From: an uncultured bacterium
GTDB taxonomy: Bacteria; Krumholzibacteriota; Krumholzibacteriia; Krumholzibacteriales; Krumholzibacteriaceae
DNA length: 64,000 nt
Assembly: GCA_963813815.1 (NCBI GenBank)
Contig: CAWFAD010000005.1
Span: 1 to 64,000, forward strand
Direction of reading: 5' to 3'
Part shown: piece after piece, positions 57,799-64,000 of the stretch
How positions within the stretch are numbered: position 1 is the stretch's first letter
Layout of the letters: each line of letters begins with the position of its first letter
Made by a program: the position numbers and the translations under genes
Notes under the pieces: model-generated
What the model was told of the DNA's origin: nothing
Seen by the model: only the letters and a program-made list of their open reading frames with translations
The model's database searches: none

Positions 57799-58572
57799 TC
57801 ACCACACTTCGCGGCGCGCGTAGACGTCGAAGACGCGGATCGAATAATCGGCGAACTCCCCGATCACCTCGGGATATCCGTCGCTGTTCATGTCCGCCAC
57901 GGCTATCCGATCCCCGAACGGCTTGTCCCATTCGACCTCGACGTTGAGAAAGCGAGAGTCGAGGATAATGCCGCTGTTGAGTATGATCTCGAGCTGCGGG
58001 TCCTTGTCGACGTTCTCGATCAGGATCTCGCCGGCGGTGAAGCTCCGCGAGCTCACCCATTGCCTGCTCTTCGTAAGGCCGTCGTAAATCTGAAGGCGGC
58101 CATCGGCGAGGAAGACGAGCTCGAGCTGGGGATCGGAATCCACGTTCGCGACGTCGATCGCGTCGATGCTCTGATAGCGATCCTCGAGGTTCTCCCAGAG
58201 ATTGACGTAGCTCTCCATGCTGTAGGTGAGCAACCGGCCGCTCGTCGTCGCGACGACGAACTCCATCGTTCCGTCCGCCTCGAGGTCGCAGAAAAAGAAC
58301 CTGCGCACTTTAGCGCTAAGGTTCGTGACCTCCCATTCGAGCTTCCACCCGCGCTCGGTGGCGCGCAGCAGATGCAGCTTTCCGTAGGTATCGGCGTACA
58401 TGACGCCCCACGCGTCCACGGTATCGAGCGCCACGACCTGCACGAGCGGGAATCGGCAACAGAGCCGCTCCACGCCGCGAAAATCGACGGCCGTCTCCTC
58501 CGCGCCGGCCGCGCAGGAGACGAGCGCGCCCGCTCCCGCGAGAATCGAAACAACGAGGGTTCGGAACAACAT
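57799..58572 (-). CDS. Secreted FG-GAP/VCBS-like repeat protein
   Basis: Signal peptide; repeats DLEADGTMEF, NVDSDPQLEL, NVDKDPQLEI and DMNSDGYPEV. Confidence 0.75.
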   Translation of the reverse strand: MLFRTLVVSILAGAGALVSCAAGAEETAVDFRGVERLCCRFPLVQVVALDTVDAWGVMYADTYGKLHLLRATERGWKLEWEVTNLSAKVRRFFFCDLEADGTMEFVVATTSGRLLTYSMESYVNLWENLEDRYQSIDAIDVANVDSDPQLELVFLADGRLQIYDGLTKSRQWVSSRSFTAGEILIENVDKDPQLEIILNSGIILDSRFLNVEVEWDKPFGDRIAVADMNSDGYPEVIGEFADYSIRVFDVYARREVW

Positions 58573-58585
58573 CCCCCTGCTCCTT

Positions 58586-60307
58586 TCACCGTGTGCCGCT
58601 ATCGACGATATCGACGCCCGCGGCGGCGCCCCCGCCCCGGGGATCGCTCACGCCGCACGGACAGGCGCCGCCCATGTGTATCGCCTGCACGTCCCCGATC
58701 GAATCGGATCGCTCATCGATGGAGTGCCCCCGGTCCTCGAGGCGGCGGCGAAGGCGCTCCGTGAGAATTCCGGGCTCGAACCGGATGGCGTCCGGAAGCC
58801 ATTGGTGATGAAAACGGGGCGCCGCCACCGCCTCCTCGAGGGTCATCCCGAAATCCACGATATCGACGATGACCTGCGCGACGGTCGTGATGATGGTCGA
58901 TCCCCCGGGCGTTCCGAGAACGAGCACGGGCTTCCCCTCGCGCAGCACGATCGTCGGCGCCATGGAGCTCAGCATTCTCTTCCCCGGCTCGATCGCGTTC
59001 GCCTCGCCTCCGACGAGCCCGTAGAGATTCGGCGCACCCGCCTTGACCGAGAAATCGTCCATCTCGTTGTTGAGAAGAAAGCCCGCTCCCTCCACCATGA
59101 ACCGCGAGCCGTAGCTGTCGTTCAGGGTGACGGTCGTCGCGACGGCGTTTCCTCGTTTGTCGACGACGCTGTAGTGCGTCGTTTCGCGCTTTTCCCGGCC
59201 GGCCGCATCCGCCCCCGCGACGCTCGACGAACTCGACGCCCGCGGCGCAATCGTCCGGGCGAGCTCCCCGGCGTAGTCCTTCGAGGTGAGAAGCGCGCTC
59301 ATGTCCTCCACGAAGTCGGGATCGCCGAGATAACGGGCGCGGTCGGCGAACCCGCGCCGCTCCGCCTCGACCGTGACATGTATCGCCTCCTCCGAGAAGG
59401 CGTTCATGGCCCCGAGGTCGAATCGCTCGAGCACATTGAGGATCTCGATGAGAATCGCGCCCCCCGAGCTCGGCGGCGGCGCGGAGATGATTTCGAAACC
59501 GCGGTAGTCCCCCCGCACCGGCGCTCGCTCCGCGGTCGCATAGGCGGCGAGATCTTCCTTCGAGATGATTCCTCCGCCGTCGCGCGTCCCCGCGACGATG
59601 AGATCGGCGATCGGCCCGTCGTAAAACCCACGCGGGCCGTCGCGCGCGATGATTTCGAGCGTTCCCGCGAGCTCCGGCTGGACGAGCGTGTCGCCCGGCG
59701 CGAGCGCCGACCCGTCGGGCCTCCTGAATCGCCGCAGCCCCGGATAGCGTTCGATATACGGCTCGAGCCGCTCGAGGGACGCCGCGAGCCGCGCGCTCAC
59801 GGGGAAGCCGCCGCGCGCGAGCGCGACGGCGGGCGCGAGGAGATCCGCCCATGGCAGCGTGCCGTGCAGCTCGTGAGCGCGATGCAGACCCGACACCGAG
59901 CCCGGCACGCCCGCGGCCAGCGCCCCGAGGAGGCTCAGATTCTCGATGATCTCCCCCCGCTCGTCGAGATACATGTCCCGGCGCGCGGCGAGCGGCGCCC
60001 TCTCGCGAAAATCGAGAAAGGTCGTTCGACCCGACCCGAGCCGCACGAGCATGAATCCCCCGCCCCCGATGTTCCCCGCCTGCGGATAGGTTACCGCGAG
60101 CGCGAAACCGACCGCCACGGCGGCGTCCACCGCGTTTCCGCCTCTCTCGAGGATCCCCGCTCCGACGGCGGAGGCGATCGGACACGCGCTCGCCACGATC
60201 CCTCCGCGCGCGCAGACCTCTGCGGCGCGGGCCGCCGGCGCGAAGGCGAGCGCGAGCGCGAGGGACAGGGCGACACGGACCGCGATTGACGCTGATAACC
60301 GGAACAC
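58586..60307 (-). CDS. ggt: Gamma-glutamyltransferase
   Basis: GGNAVDAAVA, DFRERAP, ETTHYSVVD (catalytic Thr), LNNEMDDF, LSSMAP and GTPGGSTI; signal peptide after GTG 60307. Confidence 0.96.
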   Translation of the reverse strand: MFRLSASIAVRVALSLALALAFAPAARAAEVCARGGIVASACPIASAVGAGILERGGNAVDAAVAVGFALAVTYPQAGNIGGGGFMLVRLGSGRTTFLDFRERAPLAARRDMYLDERGEIIENLSLLGALAAGVPGSVSGLHRAHELHGTLPWADLLAPAVALARGGFPVSARLAASLERLEPYIERYPGLRRFRRPDGSALAPGDTLVQPELAGTLEIIARDGPRGFYDGPIADLIVAGTRDGGGIISKEDLAAYATAERAPVRGDYRGFEIISAPPPSSGGAILIEILNVLERFDLGAMNAFSEEAIHVTVEAERRGFADRARYLGDPDFVEDMSALLTSKDYAGELARTIAPRASSSSSVAGADAAGREKRETTHYSVVDKRGNAVATTVTLNDSYGSRFMVEGAGFLLNNEMDDFSVKAGAPNLYGLVGGEANAIEPGKRMLSSMAPTIVLREGKPVLVLGTPGGSTIITTVAQVIVDIVDFGMTLEEAVAAPRFHHQWLPDAIRFEPGILTERLRRRLEDRGHSIDERSDSIGDVQAIHMGGACPCGVSDPRGGGAAAGVDIVDSGTR

Positions 60308-60530
60308 TCTTGAACCCTTTGCGGTTAGGCCGCGGGTCAGTAAAACAGGGGATGGATACTGAACAATTCTACCAGCGCCGCGCTCCCCTGTAAATCCTGA
60401 AATGCGAGCCCCCGTTCGATTCCCCCTTGACCGCCCCCCGCGTTTCATCTAAAATCCCCAGTCGCAGCCCCCGACAAAGCGCCAGAGCGAACATCAACGT
60501 GGTATAATCATGGAAACGGCGGTAAACAAC

Positions 60531-62117
60531 ATGAGAAAGCTCGTCCTCGCCCTCATCGCGATTGCGCTCCTCCCCTCGCTCGGCCTCGCGGCGCCGGGGG
60601 ACGTCGAAAAGAAAATCCCCCTCCCCCTCCACCACCCGACCGGGATCGCATGGGACGGGACGTGCATCTGGGTCGCGGATCGAAAAGCCGACAGATTCTA
60701 CCGGCTCGATCCCGCGACCGGCGCGGTCCGGGACTCGATCGAATCCCCCGGCTATTTCCCCTCGGGCCTCGCCTGGGACGGAAAGCTCCTCTGGAGCACC
60801 GATCCGGCGGAGCAGAAGATCTACGCCACGGACACGGCCTCGGGACGAACGGTCGCGACCCTCGACGCCCCCTCCTCCGGAGTCACGGGCATCGCCGCGG
60901 AAGGGGCCTATCTCTGGATCTGCGACAACGCGGACGATCGCATCTCGAAAATCGATCCCGGCGACGGAACGACGATCCACTCGTTCCGCGCTCCGTCGGG
61001 CGATCCGCGCGGCCTCGTCTTCGGCGGCGGCTATCTGTGGTGCTCCGATCGAATCAAGGATCAGATCTACATGATCGATCCCCGCAACGGCCACGTCGTC
61101 CTCATCATGGACGCGCCCGGCAAGTACGCCTGGGGCCTCGCCTGGAGCGACGGCCGTTTGCTCTGCGCCGACTATCAAGACGACGCCGTCTACGCCCTCG
61201 TCGTCAGGGACGGCGATCTTTACCGGACGTACGACGCCCGGCGCGCCTCGATCGATTTCACGACTGAAATTTCGATCTCGGGGGAAGGATCGGTCGCGTC
61301 CCTCGATCTTTTTTACGCGGTTCCGCCGGAGCGGCCGAACCAAAAGCTCCTCTCGCCCATCGAGTACACGAGCGTCCCGACGGCCATCGAGAAGGACCGA
61401 TGGGGGCAGGAGGTCGCCGTGTTCCGCTTCACCGGCCTCGCGCCGTCGCGGACGACGGAGATCGGCATGCGCCTGCGTCTCGAAACGTCGGCGATCCGCT
61501 ATTTCATCTACCCCGACAAGGTCGGCGCGGAGATCCCGGCGGAGATCAAGAAGCGCTATCTCGCCGACGACATGAAGTACGACGTCGGCAACCCGTACAT
61601 CCGACGGATCGTCGATGAGACCGTCGGCGCGGAAAAGAATATGTACTGGAAGGCGCGGCTCCTCTATCAGTACGTCATCGACCATATGGAATACCTCCTC
61701 GCCGGCGGCTGGAACACCGCGCCGACCGTTCTCAAGCGGGGCAACGGCTCCTGCTCCGAGTATACCTTCAGCTACATCGCGCTCTGCCGCGCCGCCGGCA
61801 TTCCGGCGCGCTACGTCGGATCGCTCGTCGTTCGCGGCGATGACGCGAGCTACGACGATGTGTTTCACCGCTGGTGCGAGATTTATCTCCCCGGCTACGG
61901 CTGGGTGCCCGTCGACGCCAACGCGGGAGACCGGGAATCCCCCGCGGATCAGGCGGCGGCCTTCGGCGGCATCGCGAACCGCTTTCTCGTCACGACCGAG
62001 GGAGGCGGGTCCTCCGAGTACCTCGATTGGAACTACAACGCTCAAGCCAGATGGGAGACCGTCGGTAAATGTCGCGTCCGGATCGAGAGCATTGCCGAAT
62101 GGGAACCGCTGCCATGA
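60531..62117 (+). CDS. Secreted beta-propeller + transglutaminase-like domain protein
   Basis: Signal peptide; GLAWDG..LW repeats; catalytic GSCSEY, HRWCEIY and WVPVD; extended -10 TGGTATAAT upstream. Confidence 0.85.
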   Translation: MRKLVLALIAIALLPSLGLAAPGDVEKKIPLPLHHPTGIAWDGTCIWVADRKADRFYRLDPATGAVRDSIESPGYFPSGLAWDGKLLWSTDPAEQKIYATDTASGRTVATLDAPSSGVTGIAAEGAYLWICDNADDRISKIDPGDGTTIHSFRAPSGDPRGLVFGGGYLWCSDRIKDQIYMIDPRNGHVVLIMDAPGKYAWGLAWSDGRLLCADYQDDAVYALVVRDGDLYRTYDARRASIDFTTEISISGEGSVASLDLFYAVPPERPNQKLLSPIEYTSVPTAIEKDRWGQEVAVFRFTGLAPSRTTEIGMRLRLETSAIRYFIYPDKVGAEIPAEIKKRYLADDMKYDVGNPYIRRIVDETVGAEKNMYWKARLLYQYVIDHMEYLLAGGWNTAPTVLKRGNGSCSEYTFSYIALCRAAGIPARYVGSLVVRGDDASYDDVFHRWCEIYLPGYGWVPVDANAGDRESPADQAAAFGGIANRFLVTTEGGGSSEYLDWNYNAQARWETVGKCRVRIESIAEWEPLP

Positions 62118-62170
62118 CGGCGATCTGACTCGTCCGGCGGCATCGCGACTCTGGAAGGAGGTTGGTTCCG

Positions 62171-63550
62171 ATGAGCATCCGGCAACGGGTGCGCGATTAC
62201 GCCACGGATAAGATCGTCTCCGAGATCATGTCCCACGTCGCGACCGCATCCCCCCGCGACATCGTCCGCATGATACGCCTCGCCGAGAAGCTCACGAAAG
62301 ACGAAGAATACCGCACACGCACGGCCGAGCTCCGGCGCCTCTTCGAGGAGGGGCATCCCTCGGCGCTGCTCGCCCGGGACGTCATGGCGCGGCTCTCCCC
62401 GCGCGTTCGAGAGCGGCTCATCCGCAACCTCTTCATCAACGCGCTCCTCACCGGCATCAATACGCGCAAAGGGATACTCCGCGAGGAGGGATGGCAACCG
62501 CCCCAGTTTCTCGTGATCAGCCCGACGATGCGCTGCAATCTCAAATGCCCCGGCTGCTACGCGGGCGAGTACGATCAGGACCGGGGGCTGCCCGTCGAGC
62601 TCATCGACCGGGTGCTCGAGGAATGCAAGGACCTCGGCATGTACTTCAATACGATGAGCGGCGGGGAGGTGCTCACCCGGAGGGACATCTTCGAGCTCTG
62701 GCGCAAGCATTCGGACATGTACTTCCAGATCTACACGAACGGCACCCTGATCGACGAGCGCATGGCCGACGAGCTCGCCGAGCTCGGCAACGTGGCGCCG
62801 ATGGTCAGCCTCGAGGGGTTCGAGGAGGAGACGGACGCGCGCCGCGGCAAGGGCACCTTCGCCCGGGTCATGAGGGCGTTCGACCTCATGCGGGAGCGCG
62901 GCATGGTCTTCGGCGCCTCGCTCACCGAGACGCGGAACAACATCGAGGCGATCGGCAGCAACGAGTTCGTCGATCTCTGCATAGAAAAAGGGTGCATGGT
63001 GCTCTGGTACTTCCAGTACATTCCGATCGGGCGCTGTCCGTCTCTCGATCTCATGCCCGCGGCCTCGCAGCGCGACTGGCTCCGCCACCGCGTGAGGGAG
63101 CTTCGCGACTCGCGTCCGATCTTCATCGGCGACTTCTGGAACGACGGGCCGTACGTGCACGGATGCATCGCCGGCGGCAGGGAGTATCTCCACATCAACG
63201 CGAAGGGGGACGTCGAGCCCTGCGTCTTTTGCCACTTCGCCGTCGACAACATCAAGAATGTCTCGCTCCGCGAGGCCATCAACTCGCCGTTCATGCGGAG
63301 AATTCGCTCGTTCCAGCCCTACCGCGAGAACCTGCTCACCCCGTGCATGCTCATCGACGCCCCCGAGGTGCTCCGGGCGGTCGTGACGGAGTTCGAAGCG
63401 CGCCCCACCTGCGAGGGGGCCGGGGAGCTCATCACGAATTTCGCGAAGGATATCGACCGGTACGCCGCGGAATATCGCGCGTACGCCGACGCCGCATGGA
63501 AATCGGAATGGAACGGATCCGCGGCGCCGGAGCGCGCCGCGTCGAGCTAG
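62171..63550 (+). CDS. Radical SAM protein with SPASM/twitch domain
   Basis: CNLKCPGC, SGGE, YTNGT, GCIAGGREYLHIN..GDVEPCVF and PCMLID. Confidence 0.92.
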   Translation: MSIRQRVRDYATDKIVSEIMSHVATASPRDIVRMIRLAEKLTKDEEYRTRTAELRRLFEEGHPSALLARDVMARLSPRVRERLIRNLFINALLTGINTRKGILREEGWQPPQFLVISPTMRCNLKCPGCYAGEYDQDRGLPVELIDRVLEECKDLGMYFNTMSGGEVLTRRDIFELWRKHSDMYFQIYTNGTLIDERMADELAELGNVAPMVSLEGFEEETDARRGKGTFARVMRAFDLMRERGMVFGASLTETRNNIEAIGSNEFVDLCIEKGCMVLWYFQYIPIGRCPSLDLMPAASQRDWLRHRVRELRDSRPIFIGDFWNDGPYVHGCIAGGREYLHINAKGDVEPCVFCHFAVDNIKNVSLREAINSPFMRRIRSFQPYRENLLTPCMLIDAPEVLRAVVTEFEARPTCEGAGELITNFAKDIDRYAAEYRAYADAAWKSEWNGSAAPERAASS

Positions 63551-63556
63551 CGGGCG

Positions 63557-64000
63557 TCATCCCTTGACGCACACGAGCGGCCGCAGCCGCGCGACGCGGC
63601 GGCTCACGAGCGCCCCCTCCATGATCCCGACCACGCGCTCCACGTCCTTGTAGGCTCCGGGGGCCTCCTCCGCGGCGCCCGGTTTGCTGTGGACGCGCAC
63701 GACGATGCCGCACCGGCCGAGCTCGGCTATGACGTTCTCGCCCCGGTACTCCCGAAGGGCCTGCTTGCGCGACGCCCGGCGTCCCGCTCCGTGAATCGAG
63801 CTCCCGAACGTCTCCTCCATCCCCCGCTCCGTTCCGACGAGAACGAACGAGCTCGTGCCCATCGTCCCGCCGACGAGCACGGGCTGCCCGACGCCGCGAT
63901 AGCGCTCCGGCATTCCGGCGCGTCCCGCCGCGAACGCGCGCGTGGCGCCTTTGCGGTGAACGAGGAGCTCCCTCTCGACGCCATCGACGGAGTGCTTCTC
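63557..64000 (-). CDS. rtcB: RtcB-family RNA ligase (C-terminal part; 5' end outside the window)
   Basis: VHRKGATRA, PVLVGGTMG, SSIHGAGR, EEAPGAYKDV and LRPLVCVKG. Confidence 0.93.
   Translation of the reverse strand, partial: EKHSVDGVERELLVHRKGATRAFAAGRAGMPERYRGVGQPVLVGGTMGTSSFVLVGTERGMEETFGSSIHGAGRRASRKQALREYRGENVIAELGRCGIVVRVHSKPGAAEEAPGAYKDVERVVGIMEGALVSRRVARLRPLVCVKG

Noticed and set aside
1..64000. Genome-wide UGA reassignment (genetic code 4 or 25)
   Set aside because: TGA ends many genes at their expected C-termini (purC, hdrA, hypD, rtcB), so any recoding is site-specific.
1..64000. CRISPR arrays, transposases, integrases, prophage or defence genes
   Set aside because: No regularly spaced repeats or recognisable mobile or defence protein motifs were found by eye.

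Overview
This is a GC-rich, densely coded bacterial chromosomal window. A bS22-type ribosomal protein, a PorV-like barrel, a GWxTD protein and an alternative GlmU suggest an anaerobic FCB-superphylum lineage (inference only). In order it carries: TPR, NHL and Slt envelope genes; purN-purC-purH-guaA; comEC; a GGDEF cyclase; mltD; two tandem glgC paralogues; a PorV-like barrel; an HU/IHF-bS22-PilZ-hybrid kinase-two sigma54 activator cluster; an unidentified ~102-nt structured RNA with its own promoter; divergent tRNA-Ala(GGC) and tRNA-Leu(CAA), the latter followed by a one-gene islet bounded by a decayed copy of its 3' half; glycosyltransferases and radical SAM genes; a tandem-domain ThyX; an Omp85-type protein; an hdrCBA-mvhDGA-protease-hypABCD operon; assorted envelope and signalling genes; ggt; a transglutaminase; and a partial rtcB. 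The most striking observation is an in-frame UGA in the [NiFe]-hydrogenase large subunit mvhA. It replaces the second Cys of the N-terminal RxCGxC motif (the Ni-Fe bridging ligand) and is followed by a bacterial SECIS-like hairpin, while the classical [NiFeSe] position (DPCxxC) is still Cys. Three genes show single-base-deletion frameshifts, probably assembly errors. No CRISPR array, rRNA, transposase or integrase was seen.
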